DNA from: Spirochaetota bacterium
GTDB taxonomy: Bacteria; Spirochaetota; UBA4802; UBA5550
DNA length: 64,000 bases
Assembly (NCBI GenBank): GCA_050298055.1
Contig: JBNKTL010000020.1
Location: 22,265-86,264 of the forward strand
Reading direction: 5' to 3'
Position numbers and translations under genes: made by a program
Shown: positions 48,487 through 57,920 of the stretch, piece after piece
Position numbering within the stretch: position 1 is the stretch's first letter
Layout of the letters: the number at the start of each line of letters is the position of its first letter
The notes under the pieces: model-generated
What the model was told of the DNA's origin: nothing
The model's input: only the letters and a program-made list of their open reading frames with translations
Database searches by the model: none

Positions 48487-49671
48487 TTATTTTTCAATAC
48501 GTTCAACTGTCATGAGGTTTGATTCTCCCTTCTTGTAGTTGTATCCGTAACTGAAGGGGAGTATTCCCGTTGAGTATTTTTTCATGGCTTTTTTGAGGTC
48601 CTTCTGCAGCCTGTTCCTGAACATGGGGATCGGCGTGTTGTAGAACCCGTGAAATTTCACCTTCCATTTATCCCGGGTGAAGTACCTTAAGGGGACACCG
48701 GAATCATCCTGAACAATGTACTTGCTTACTGCCAGAAGGGCGGCACGGATCTGTGTGAACTTTATTTTATCATTGTGCATAAGATAAGAAGCTGACTTTA
48801 TCACTGCGGTATAGGGCCCGGCGCTTTTCATGTAGGGGATAAAGTTTGGAGAAAAATTTGTCAGCGCGTTATCTATGACATTCAGCATAAAAAAGCGCAA
48901 TTTTTTCACCGGGCCGTTCCCCTTTCTGAATGAGATCTCGATACCGGGAATTCTCCTGGATTTTGGCGGTGACTGCCACTTAATTCCTCTGTCAGAACTG
49001 ATCCCTTCTGTGAGCCTGCTTTCCGAATCAATCGCGATGTTCCCGGCATCAACGATGGTATAGTCGTTGAGTGAGAGAAACATCATGAGAAGTCCCGTAA
49101 TGCTGTTAAATGACATGTTTCCCAGGTTTTTCTCCATACCCCTGGTGCGGAAAAAGTTATACCTGAATATTGTCTGCAGGGAGTGGAGTAGCCCGTTAAG
49201 TCCCGCAGTGATCTGCCTGTCTGTCATCTCCTGAGGCCTGGGTACCATACCCGGCTTTTCCAGCCCGAACATCAGGTAAAGCTCACCGTCAGGGAAAAGT
49301 GTTAGGGCGTTCATGATGTCCGGTCCGCTGAAGGGGTAGATTATCTTTTTATTGTATTTTGAAGGCGAGTGTTTTTCCCACCATTTGGCAATCTTCACAA
49401 GGTTCGGCTTCTGGAATGTGTTCCATCCCGCTGTCAGTCTCTTTACATATCGTTTATAAAATTTACTCCGGGTATAATGGTACAGTTTTGATTTTTCACT
49501 GATTGGTTTTCCGGCAAAAAATCGCGCGGTATCATCAAATTCCCCTGAAACCGGTTTTTTCTCTGCCGCGTATAGATGACAATATCTGCCGGAAGAAATA
49601 TTAAAGTTAATTGAAAGTATGGTTATCAGAAGAAACGGTGCAAAGATCCGAATATGTCTTTTATTTATCAT
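48487..49671 (-). CDS. Exported hypothetical protein
   Basis: Signal peptide; conserved-looking blocks YPFSGPD, KSASYLMH, QDDSGVP and LPFSYGY. Confidence 0.8.
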   Translation of the reverse strand: MINKRHIRIFAPFLLITILSINFNISSGRYCHLYAAEKKPVSGEFDDTARFFAGKPISEKSKLYHYTRSKFYKRYVKRLTAGWNTFQKPNLVKIAKWWEKHSPSKYNKKIIYPFSGPDIMNALTLFPDGELYLMFGLEKPGMVPRPQEMTDRQITAGLNGLLHSLQTIFRYNFFRTRGMEKNLGNMSFNSITGLLMMFLSLNDYTIVDAGNIAIDSESRLTEGISSDRGIKWQSPPKSRRIPGIEISFRKGNGPVKKLRFFMLNVIDNALTNFSPNFIPYMKSAGPYTAVIKSASYLMHNDKIKFTQIRAALLAVSKYIVQDDSGVPLRYFTRDKWKVKFHGFYNTPIPMFRNRLQKDLKKAMKKYSTGILPFSYGYNYKKGESNLMTVERIEK

Positions 49672-49828
49672 GAGTCAAGTTATCCTTGTTTTTTCCATCA
49701 TATAAATTTTACATGCGGCAGTGTGTCAAGTTTTATCTCTTGTATCACTTTTTATTTTTCCTTGACTAAATACCGCCCCTCTTTAAGAAGAGTAGAATAT
49801 TCGGGAAAGAGGTCCCGAATAACAGATC

Positions 49829-50332
49829 ATGGAGTTAAATATGAAAAACCTGCTGACTTTTATGCTTCTCTTAACTGTGCTTCTCTTCAGTTCGTGTGCC
49901 AAATCACCTGAAGGGGTCCAATCTCCCAGTATAAAGATCGAAGCGGTTACTGAAAATGAGCACACAACATTTAAATTGTGGGTGAGCGGGGGAATCAAGA
50001 ACGAAAACTCCGGCACGGCACTTATTGATTATGCCGGGACATTAAACTTCATTGATCCTTCGGATGGGGGAAAAGTGGTTGAATCAATTCCCTTTAAGCT
50101 TCCGGTGATTCTGCCCTTTGATTCTGCCGTTATTAACGAAACTGTTTCAAGGAGTGAAAAGGAGCTTGAACCGCTAATGAAACTCTTGAAGATCAACAGG
50201 GAAGAGCTGATTAAAGAAGGGAGCGTGGAAAAGATAAATATCCTGAACAGCCTTGTAAAGCTTGACGCTGTTTCTTTCAAAACGAAAGAGATAACTAAAC
50301 TCCTGAAGGAAAAGTTAAATGAAAAAAATTGA
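49829..50332 (+). CDS. Hypothetical lipoprotein
   Basis: Lipobox LFSSC; start may be 49841. Confidence 0.75.
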   Translation: MELNMKNLLTFMLLLTVLLFSSCAKSPEGVQSPSIKIEAVTENEHTTFKLWVSGGIKNENSGTALIDYAGTLNFIDPSDGGKVVESIPFKLPVILPFDSAVINETVSRSEKELEPLMKLLKINREELIKEGSVEKINILNSLVKLDAVSFKTKEITKLLKEKLNEKN

Positions 50333-50846
50333 TGATTCAAAGCTCTATTTCTCTTTTGCCCTGGTCACCCTGGCAATAAGCATTGTACTCGGGATTATAT
50401 CATTCTATTCGATACTTGGTGTAGAGAAGAATATAGTAAACCTGCTGTCCGGGGAAGAAAACAGCGGCAAAAGCTTTGAAAAGGCTTATTTACTTCTGCG
50501 AAAACCGCAGTTTTTTGCCCGTTATCAGCACTTTGATACTGAACAGGATTTGCATGTGAGCCTCTCCTCCGCAAGGAGGTTTGACCTTGAGTCAAAGGAA
50601 TCCCTGAAAAAACTGCTGGAAAACACCTATCCCGGAACTACGGTGATGAAGGCGCTCAGGTATTTTGACAGAAAGGTTTACGCGGGTAAAGGCATCGAAC
50701 CTGATGAAAAAAAGTACCTTGAAGTACTCCTGGACAGGAGAAAAAAGGGTTCACGGCTCGGAAGAAATACCATGATATTTACTCTCGCCCTCTCCCTCTT
50801 TAGCATGTTGTTTTTCTTATATGAAAGGAGAACAGTAAAGGGATAG
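50319..50846 (+). CDS. Hypothetical membrane protein (2 TM)
   Basis: N- and C-terminal TM helices; overlaps the previous gene. Confidence 0.72.
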   Translation: MKKIDDSKLYFSFALVTLAISIVLGIISFYSILGVEKNIVNLLSGEENSGKSFEKAYLLLRKPQFFARYQHFDTEQDLHVSLSSARRFDLESKESLKKLLENTYPGTTVMKALRYFDRKVYAGKGIEPDEKKYLEVLLDRRKKGSRLGRNTMIFTLALSLFSMLFFLYERRTVKG

Positions 50847-50849
50847 CCT

Positions 50850-50872
50850 GTAGCCATGGGTTTTAACCCATG
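50850..50872. repeat. GTAG-type REP-like palindrome
   Basis: GTAG-C-CATGGGTT-TT-AACCCATG immediately after a stop codon. Confidence 0.55.
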
Positions 50873-50956
50873 CCTCGTTCTTTTCCCCGGAATATTTTTT
50901 CCCCTTTCCATTAATTATTTGACTCTTCCTTATAAGTTCTTATTATTATCCTGATA

Positions 50957-51109
50957 GCAACTACTCGGCTATGTAATAAGAATAGTTTTATTCAATAAAA
51001 AGCATAACTGGTATGTCCCCGCCTCAACCGCGGCAGGGACATATTGCTGATACTGTAATAAATAGTATGAGTAAATTCTCATGGCATATTAACTGATAAA
51101 CAGGGTAAC
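50957..51109 (+). mobile_element. MITE-like palindromic element, copy 8 (right end degenerate)
   Basis: GCAACTACTCGGCTATG...TATGTCCCCGCC-N8-GGCAGGGACATA; right boundary approximate. Confidence 0.78.
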
Positions 51110-51123
51110 AGCTTTCTCTAAAT

Positions 51124-52254
51124 ATGAAAAAAAAGATACTTGTTGTAGATGATGATGAGTCTATCATCAAATTAATGAAAAGGATCCTTTCAACGGGAGG
51201 TTATATCGTATATACGGCAATGAATGGCCTGGAAGCCATCAGCCTCCTTGAAACGAAAAAAGTCGATCTTATTATGCTGGATATGATGATGCCCAAAATG
51301 GACGGGATCCAGTTCCTTCGATCGATAAATGAGAGCAGAATTACCTTTGCTCCCGTGCTCATGGTATCAGGCTGTACCGATGTAAAGCAGAGGATTGCCT
51401 GTTATCAGCTGGGAGTATACGATTTTATCGGCAAACCGGAACATACCGAGGTCATTCTCAAGAGAGTTGAAAACGGGCTTAATATCGGAGAGATGCTCAC
51501 TTTTAACAAAACGGTAAAGGATGACCTGGTGATGGCGAACAAGCTGCAGAGTTTCCTTTTTCCCCAATCCTGGGCCATTACGGAGTATTTTGACATCTAC
51601 GCGCTGAATCTTCCCATTGCAGAGATCGGGGGAGACCTCTTTGACTATATTCACCTGGAAAATGGCGGTGTCATTTTCTTTGTGGCCGATGTGTCCGGGC
51701 ATGGCATATCAGCGGCAATTTTTACAGCCATAGTAAAGATGGTTTTTAGAAATGCCGTAAAGGAGACAGAGGACCCGGGTGGAATAATGACCATTATGAA
51801 CAGGGAGGTTGCCGCTACAATTCCCACTGAATCTTTTGTTACCATGTTTTGCGGACATTATGATCCCTCCGTTCAAATTCTTCACTATTCCAATGCCGGC
51901 CACCCCATGCCCTATCTCCTTGAAGATGGCGTGGTCTATGAACTTGACGGGAACGGACCCTTCCTCGGCCCCATCAGTGAAGTCAAGTTTATAAGATATG
52001 AGAGAGATGTCTCAAACAGCAGCGGTATGATAGTCTATACAGACGGTATAATGGATATAACCGATGAGAAGGAGAACCTGGTTGGGAAACGCTTTCTTCT
52101 CAACTTTCTTAACAAGAGGGACCTCTCCTCTTTTGAAAACTTTCAGGATCTCTATCAAAATCTTTTTAAAAAACAGAATGTCTCGATTATTGATGACTGC
52201 ACGTTTCTGCTCCTGAACTTTAAAAATGGAAACAGGGAGCAGCATGAGCAGTAA
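51124..52254 (+). CDS. Response regulator receiver + PP2C/SpoIIE phosphatase
   Basis: VVDDD and LDMMMP for REC; GGDLFD, ADVSGHG, NAGHP, YTDG and DDCT for PP2C. Confidence 0.93.
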   Translation: MKKKILVVDDDESIIKLMKRILSTGGYIVYTAMNGLEAISLLETKKVDLIMLDMMMPKMDGIQFLRSINESRITFAPVLMVSGCTDVKQRIACYQLGVYDFIGKPEHTEVILKRVENGLNIGEMLTFNKTVKDDLVMANKLQSFLFPQSWAITEYFDIYALNLPIAEIGGDLFDYIHLENGGVIFFVADVSGHGISAAIFTAIVKMVFRNAVKETEDPGGIMTIMNREVAATIPTESFVTMFCGHYDPSVQILHYSNAGHPMPYLLEDGVVYELDGNGPFLGPISEVKFIRYERDVSNSSGMIVYTDGIMDITDEKENLVGKRFLLNFLNKRDLSSFENFQDLYQNLFKKQNVSIIDDCTFLLLNFKNGNREQHEQ

Positions 52255-52708
52255 GATCCTTGTGATATCAGATAGTCACGGTAACAGGGATATTGTCAGC
52301 AGGATCATTAAGCATGAAAATCCATTGGACTTTATTGTCCACTGCGGGGATGGTGCAGGTGATATATTTCACGCAGAGATCCCGGAAGGTGCGAAAGTCA
52401 TTAAAGTTATGGGAAATGTTGACCTCTCAAGGAACTATGACATGGAAAGGGTAGAGATCTTTACCGCGGATTCACTGAGAATCATGGTTGCCCATGGGGA
52501 CCAGTTCAGGGTACAGGATGATTATACGGGGCTTATCCGGGAGGCAGGAAAGAGGGGAGCAGACCTGGTTTTTTTCGGTCATACACATAAAAAGCACCTT
52601 TCGGGGGACAGGCCCGTGATTTTCAATCCCGGTCCCGTAAACAGGGGTATGTACGGCATTGTCACCCTGGGGGAAAATGTGGAATTCTCCCACAGGGTCA
52701 TTGCCTGA
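52244..52708 (+). CDS. YfcE-like metallophosphoesterase
   Basis: SDSHG, HCGD, GNVD, HGD, GHTH and NPG motifs. Confidence 0.92.
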   Translation: MSSKILVISDSHGNRDIVSRIIKHENPLDFIVHCGDGAGDIFHAEIPEGAKVIKVMGNVDLSRNYDMERVEIFTADSLRIMVAHGDQFRVQDDYTGLIREAGKRGADLVFFGHTHKKHLSGDRPVIFNPGPVNRGMYGIVTLGENVEFSHRVIA

Positions 52709-52723
52709 TTTTAATGCTCAAGA

Positions 52724-53689
52724 CTATTGCGCTGATTTAACATCCGTAGAGAGAAAGCCTCCGAACACCCATCCTGTCTTATTTTTCCATTTCACCCTGG
52801 ACCATTTGCCGGTTGCGCCGGAGATCGTTATGGTCTCACCCGATTCTTCAAGGAGCTCAACAATCTCTCCCCGGGGGATAACACCGATTTTTGTCCCGGA
52901 AATGTCCGGTGCGTCCCTCATCCGCAACCCTCCTTTGGAAATGATCTTTCGGCTCTTCTCGGTAATGATGATCTCTTTGTTTTCGATAACTGTTTCAGGG
53001 GAGTCACCTTCTTTAAGGGATTGTTCACTAAGGATTTCTTTTGCCAGTTCAGAAAAGAGGTTTCCCGAATCAAGAAGCTTTTTCAGTACGTCCTTGGCTT
53101 CATTTACCTGTTTTTCGGTTGAATCGGCACCGTTCAATATTCTCACTGAATTTTCGTAATTCCTGGCATCGGGTATGAGGTCCGGTTGTTCTGTAAAACC
53201 GCCGTTTACCCATTTTTTATCAACCCATTTCTTTTTCCCGCTTTCATAATAGACATTTCCCGCAAAAATCTGTACCCAGTGGCCCTTTTCCGAGATGACA
53301 AATGCCATGGTGCCCCTGGGTATTTCAAAGTAGACTTTACTGCTCTCATTGTTTCTGAAATAGGCTTTGGTTTTTTCCGTAAAGATAATAGGCCTGTCTC
53401 CAACCTCTGAAATCTTAACATAACCCACAGTGTCATCGGTAAGCTTTACCTTCGCCACTTCAACCGGTTTCCCTTTTCCGGGACTTTTTTCGGTTGCCAG
53501 AAGGTCCATGGGTTCACCCTTGGAGAGAAATGTTATCTGTTTTTTGAGATTGTTCGTTTTATAAACCCGTATGCTCCATTTGGCATACTTCTTTGCCAGT
53601 GAAACATCTTCCTTCTTCTTTTCGCCTTTCTTGCATCCTGTTGACACTAAAAGGAGCATTGCCCCGGTTAATGCAAGATATCTTTTCAT
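52724..53689 (-). CDS. SH3-domain lipoprotein
   Basis: Lipobox STGC; C-terminal SH3 (LRMRDAP...W..V.W....GWVFGGFL); GGAGG RBS. Confidence 0.82.
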   Translation of the reverse strand: MKRYLALTGAMLLLVSTGCKKGEKKKEDVSLAKKYAKWSIRVYKTNNLKKQITFLSKGEPMDLLATEKSPGKGKPVEVAKVKLTDDTVGYVKISEVGDRPIIFTEKTKAYFRNNESSKVYFEIPRGTMAFVISEKGHWVQIFAGNVYYESGKKKWVDKKWVNGGFTEQPDLIPDARNYENSVRILNGADSTEKQVNEAKDVLKKLLDSGNLFSELAKEILSEQSLKEGDSPETVIENKEIIITEKSRKIISKGGLRMRDAPDISGTKIGVIPRGEIVELLEESGETITISGATGKWSRVKWKNKTGWVFGGFLSTDVKSAQ

Positions 53690-53778
53690 ATCTGTCCTCC
53701 GATGGATTGTAATAATATCACTAAGAATATTTAACAGCTTGACTGCGGGTGTTGTCAAGTATTTAATGAGGCTCTTTT

Positions 53779-54414
53779 TTATCTGCTGTAAATGAGGATT
53801 GTTCCGTCCTTTTCAATTTTTTTATAGAGCCTGTTGACTTTTTTACCGGGATCAGAGTCTCCCCTGTAGAGTTTCATTATCCTTTTAACATAGGCAATTG
53901 TTGATTTTACAGGAGGGAGTTTCATCCTTTTTTTGACCACACCGATTCCCGCGTGATACGCCGCAAGGGCCAGGGGTATATCGTTCTTAAAATAGTCGAG
54001 GAGGACCCTCACATGCCGTATGCCGGCTTTCAAGTTCTCCTCCGGATCAAGGGGGTCCTTTACTCCATAGATACGCGCAGTGACCTGCATGAGCTGCATA
54101 AGGCCCATTGCTCCCGCTGCCGATACCGCGTCAGCCTTAAAATCCGACTCCACTTTAATGATGCAGTTTATAAGGTAGGGATCCACTCCGTTTTCTTTCG
54201 ATATCTCTTCAATGAGGTCCTTAAAAGCATTGTTTCTGAATCTTCTTTTTCTGAAGCTCTTCTTCTCATTTTTATTGGAGTAATAGAGGGTCCCGTCTTT
54301 GCCGACTCGTTTATAAATCCGCGACTTCACGCCAGGAGGAGTGAGGAAAATGATGATCGGTGTCAGAAGCAGGGAAACAGTGATCTTTAGGGGTATTTTA
54401 TATTTGGTTAACAT
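53779..54414 (-). CDS. Lytic transglycosylase (SLT domain)
   Basis: IKVESDF, AVS.AGAMGLMQLM and ALAAY.AG motifs. Confidence 0.93.
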   Translation of the reverse strand: MLTKYKIPLKITVSLLLTPIIIFLTPPGVKSRIYKRVGKDGTLYYSNKNEKKSFRKRRFRNNAFKDLIEEISKENGVDPYLINCIIKVESDFKADAVSAAGAMGLMQLMQVTARIYGVKDPLDPEENLKAGIRHVRVLLDYFKNDIPLALAAYHAGIGVVKKRMKLPPVKSTIAYVKRIMKLYRGDSDPGKKVNRLYKKIEKDGTILIYSR

Positions 54415-54575
54415 AACGGTTTCTAAATATGATTAAGATTATTAAAAGCGGTTACAGGAAATGTTTCAACCTGAAAAAATGAGATCATACAAAATTATTT
54501 GACAATTACCCCCCTGATCTTAGAGTGATCTACCTGAAACATTCATTTACAGCAAAACCGTACAGGGAGGGAAAT

Positions 54576-56174
54576 ATGCGCAGGAATAAATTTCTGCTCT
54601 TGACAACAATCCTTTTGATAATACTGAACAGCCTGACAATTGCTCTCTCTCAGGATCTTCCTGAAAGCGGGAAGAAGAACAAGAATAAAGTCTTTGATAA
54701 AGGAAGTGAAAAAAGTTCCGGGGAAGGCCTCGGGGCCGAAATAAAGAAGAACAAAAAACTGAAACTGACCGTTGAACGGGTTGTGGAGTACCTTTTACAA
54801 AACAATGACGATGTGAAAAAGGTCCTTCTTGATTATAAGGGGGCTTCTTCTGACCTCATGGGCTTTCGAGCAAAGTATGATCCTAAACTTTACGGAAGAG
54901 GTTCCTATTCATACATGGAAAATCCGAAGGAAAGTTCACAATTATTCCAGGGAACATCCACAACAACGGGAAGTGCAGGGATCGGCGTTGAGAAAAAGCT
55001 GAGGACCGGTACAACCATAAGCGCAGAGGTAAACGGGATATACCAGAATATTGAGGGTGCCGGAGTGATCATGGGGAATTCCTTGGGGGGTGAAGGATAC
55101 CAGAGCGGCATCAAGGTCTCCCTGAAACAGGAACTGCTTAAAAACTTTTTCGGTTATGAGGACAGGCTCTCCGAGCAGAAGATCGCCAACGCGGAAAAGA
55201 TGAAAAAGCAGCTTGTGAGGGTCAGGCTGGCGCAGCTCCTGGTGGACGCCCTTGTTGGCTACTGGAACGTTGCCATTGCCGAAGAGAACCTGGAGACAAG
55301 CAGGGTCAGCATGAACAGCACCATCAACATCAGGAACCTCATCGGGAGAAAGCTCCGGCTGGGACTTTCCGAGAGGGAGGACATCCTCGACTGGAACGGG
55401 AGGGTGCTTCAGAGCAGGAACGCCTTTGACAAGGCCGAGAAGATGCTCTTTGACGCCCGGCTCGCGGTGATCAGGATCCTCAGCCTTGAGGCGGAGAGTG
55501 ATTTTGAGATCGGAAAGACCTTCAAGACAACGGCCCCGGAGATAAGTTACGAGCAGGCCATCAAGGACGCCTTTCTCAGGAGGGTAGACTGGAACAACCA
55601 GCAGATAAATCTGAAAAACGCGAAGCTTGAATATAAGATCGCCTACTCAGGGCTGAGCCCGTCGCTCCAGCTGAGCATCTCAGCGGGGAACCAGGACTAT
55701 GATGACAGCTCCTATAATAAGACCTTTGACACCATAAACAAAGAATACTCCGTGGGCCTGGAAATGAAGTATCCCCTGGGGAACACCGAGGCCGAGGTGA
55801 GGATGAGAAACGCCCGGCTCAACCTGAAGCGGCAGACGGTGGAGCTCAATGCCCTGGAAAAACTGATCAGGGACGAGGTGACGTCCATAGTAAAAGAGTG
55901 CAGCGTAAACTTCAGGGTCTATGAGCAGACAAAAAAGTCCCGGGAGTTCGCCCAGAACTACTACTACCAGGTCTACCAGAAGTTCAGGAGGGGACGGTAC
56001 AGCGCCCTGCAGCTGAAGCTTGCCCTGGACAGCTTTATCGTCTCCCGGCGGGAAGAGCTGAAGAGCCTTATCGATTACAACATTGCCCTTTTAAAAAGAG
56101 ATTTTTCGAGAAATGTAATATTTAAGAACCTGGGAATAGATGTGGATTCCATACTGAAGTCCCTGGATAACTGA
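54576..56174 (+). CDS. TolC family outer membrane protein
   Basis: Signal peptide, two helical/beta repeats, LSPSLQL...MKYPLGN. Confidence 0.85.
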   Translation: MRRNKFLLLTTILLIILNSLTIALSQDLPESGKKNKNKVFDKGSEKSSGEGLGAEIKKNKKLKLTVERVVEYLLQNNDDVKKVLLDYKGASSDLMGFRAKYDPKLYGRGSYSYMENPKESSQLFQGTSTTTGSAGIGVEKKLRTGTTISAEVNGIYQNIEGAGVIMGNSLGGEGYQSGIKVSLKQELLKNFFGYEDRLSEQKIANAEKMKKQLVRVRLAQLLVDALVGYWNVAIAEENLETSRVSMNSTINIRNLIGRKLRLGLSEREDILDWNGRVLQSRNAFDKAEKMLFDARLAVIRILSLEAESDFEIGKTFKTTAPEISYEQAIKDAFLRRVDWNNQQINLKNAKLEYKIAYSGLSPSLQLSISAGNQDYDDSSYNKTFDTINKEYSVGLEMKYPLGNTEAEVRMRNARLNLKRQTVELNALEKLIRDEVTSIVKECSVNFRVYEQTKKSREFAQNYYYQVYQKFRRGRYSALQLKLALDSFIVSRREELKSLIDYNIALLKRDFSRNVIFKNLGIDVDSILKSLDN

Positions 56175-56204
56175 TTAAGTCTTTTTTGTAATAACTTAGG
56201 CATA

Positions 56205-56693
56205 CTAATAAATTGGAGCAACTATATTGTTACTGCCGTAAAAATATCCGCTTGAACATATTTCGCTATTAATAAATGTTGCTGTCATAAAACCGCTTGT
56301 GTCTTCTGACGGGCCATAAGAGAATAAGCTGCCACTGTTGATACTACAGCTTGCAGATGTTGCACCATATTTCAGGTTTACTGAATATGTGCTCCCTCCG
56401 TCCGATGAATAGATCTTTATCTTAAAGTCATTAGCTGGCTTCCATACCGCGAAGCCGGTGTAGGTGACACCGTCAATTTCCTCGCTGATATATATGCAGA
56501 TACAGCTGTCATCCGCTCCGCAGTTTTCTCCTGCAATGTTATATTCCTTTATATTGCCACCCAGTGAATAGGTGGTATCGAAATCCAGCTCTACATAGCC
56601 AACATCCCCATTATCCGAACTTGAATCGGAACAGGCAGTGAGAGAAAAAAGGGTGAGTATAATTGCGGTCAGGTATATTAATCGCTTCATCAT
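56205..56693 (-). CDS. Hypothetical lipoprotein
   Basis: Lipobox LTAC followed by a Ser-rich linker. Confidence 0.75.
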   Translation of the reverse strand: MMKRLIYLTAIILTLFSLTACSDSSSDNGDVGYVELDFDTTYSLGGNIKEYNIAGENCGADDSCICIYISEEIDGVTYTGFAVWKPANDFKIKIYSSDGGSTYSVNLKYGATSASCSINSGSLFSYGPSEDTSGFMTATFINSEICSSGYFYGSNNIVAPIY

Positions 56694-56919
56694 TTTATTT
56701 ATTACCTTTTATAAATGTACAGATTGGCCAATTTTATTCTCTCTTAAATCTAAGGCAATAATTTTTAGGAATTGTTGCAGAATATTATGTAATAATTCAG
56801 CAATATGGATGAATAAATATTTTCTTTTGATATTGAGTTTTTCTTGACTTATTCGGTTTTTTTACATTATATGTTTCCATTGTACCGAACTTAATATTTT
56901 ACAGAGTGAGGAAAATATT

Positions 56920-57504
56920 TTGAAGAAATTACTGTTTCACGTTGCCTTTATCGCTGTTGTTTTTCTGATTGCCACTCCCCGGAATGCCATGTCAAACGTA
57001 TACACTGATTTAATGGGTGTCTATAATAATACGGGGGATGCCGAAACCCAGTATGGTTACGGGTTTCTTCTCGGTATTGATATTGCTAAGGATTTCAGTT
57101 TTATCGCCAAGGGGATAATGACGGAAATATCTGAAAATGTAAATGATCCCGATGAAAGTAATTATTCACATGATATGTTCATGGGTGGTATGGGCTACGG
57201 ATATACTATCCCGGCTTACCGGCTGGTTTGGAGAAGTTCCCTTCTCATCGGTTATTCATCCACTGATATAGAGGAAAGAGTAAGCTATGTTAAATCCAGT
57301 GCAAACGATAGCGGTATCTGCTTTGAGATAACAACGGGGATCCAGTGGAATGCCACACAGCATGTAGCTCCGTTTCTTGATATCGGTTATCATAAATCTT
57401 ATTATACAAGTAAATTGCAGGACGCGTCCATAGGCGGATTTCAGGCAATGCTGGGTTTCAGGTTCTATCTCTTTGATGTAATGAGTATTGATGAAGGATA
57501 TTAA
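56920..57504 (+). CDS. Outer-membrane beta-barrel protein (about 8 strands)
   Basis: Signal peptide and alternating Gly/aromatic strands ending GFQAMLGFRFYL. Confidence 0.75.
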   Translation: MKKLLFHVAFIAVVFLIATPRNAMSNVYTDLMGVYNNTGDAETQYGYGFLLGIDIAKDFSFIAKGIMTEISENVNDPDESNYSHDMFMGGMGYGYTIPAYRLVWRSSLLIGYSSTDIEERVSYVKSSANDSGICFEITTGIQWNATQHVAPFLDIGYHKSYYTSKLQDASIGGFQAMLGFRFYLFDVMSIDEGY

Positions 57505-57537
57505 AATATATATATGCAATATAATATGATTGATGTT

Positions 57538-57567
57538 AAACCCGGTCAGAAAGGACCGGGTTTTTTT
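57538..57567 (+). terminator. Rho-independent terminator
   Basis: AAACCCGGTC / GACCGGGTTT stem plus a T-run. Confidence 0.88.
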
Positions 57568-57920
57568 AATATCATGGTTTCGTTTTTTTTGAGTCATCGT
57601 TTGCAATTATTATTATATTAAAAGGGGACTCTTAAGAAGAATGAAAGAGCTCACCGGGGGCACTCTTTCCTGTAGATTGTGGGTTTTAACGTGTCCGGAA
57701 ATAAGCGAAATTTAAAAGTTATTATTATAAAAAAGATATTGAAAAATATATACCTGTTTATATTCAGGTTCTTGTGCTTAATAATCAGGAGTAAGTTTAA
57801 GATTTATCTGAAAAAAACAGGAAGGTATATTACTTCAACCGGATTAATAATCTGTACTTCAATTTTCTTGTTTATCTTAATGAAAACCTGTACCATAATA
57901 AATACAACAGAGAGGTTGTT

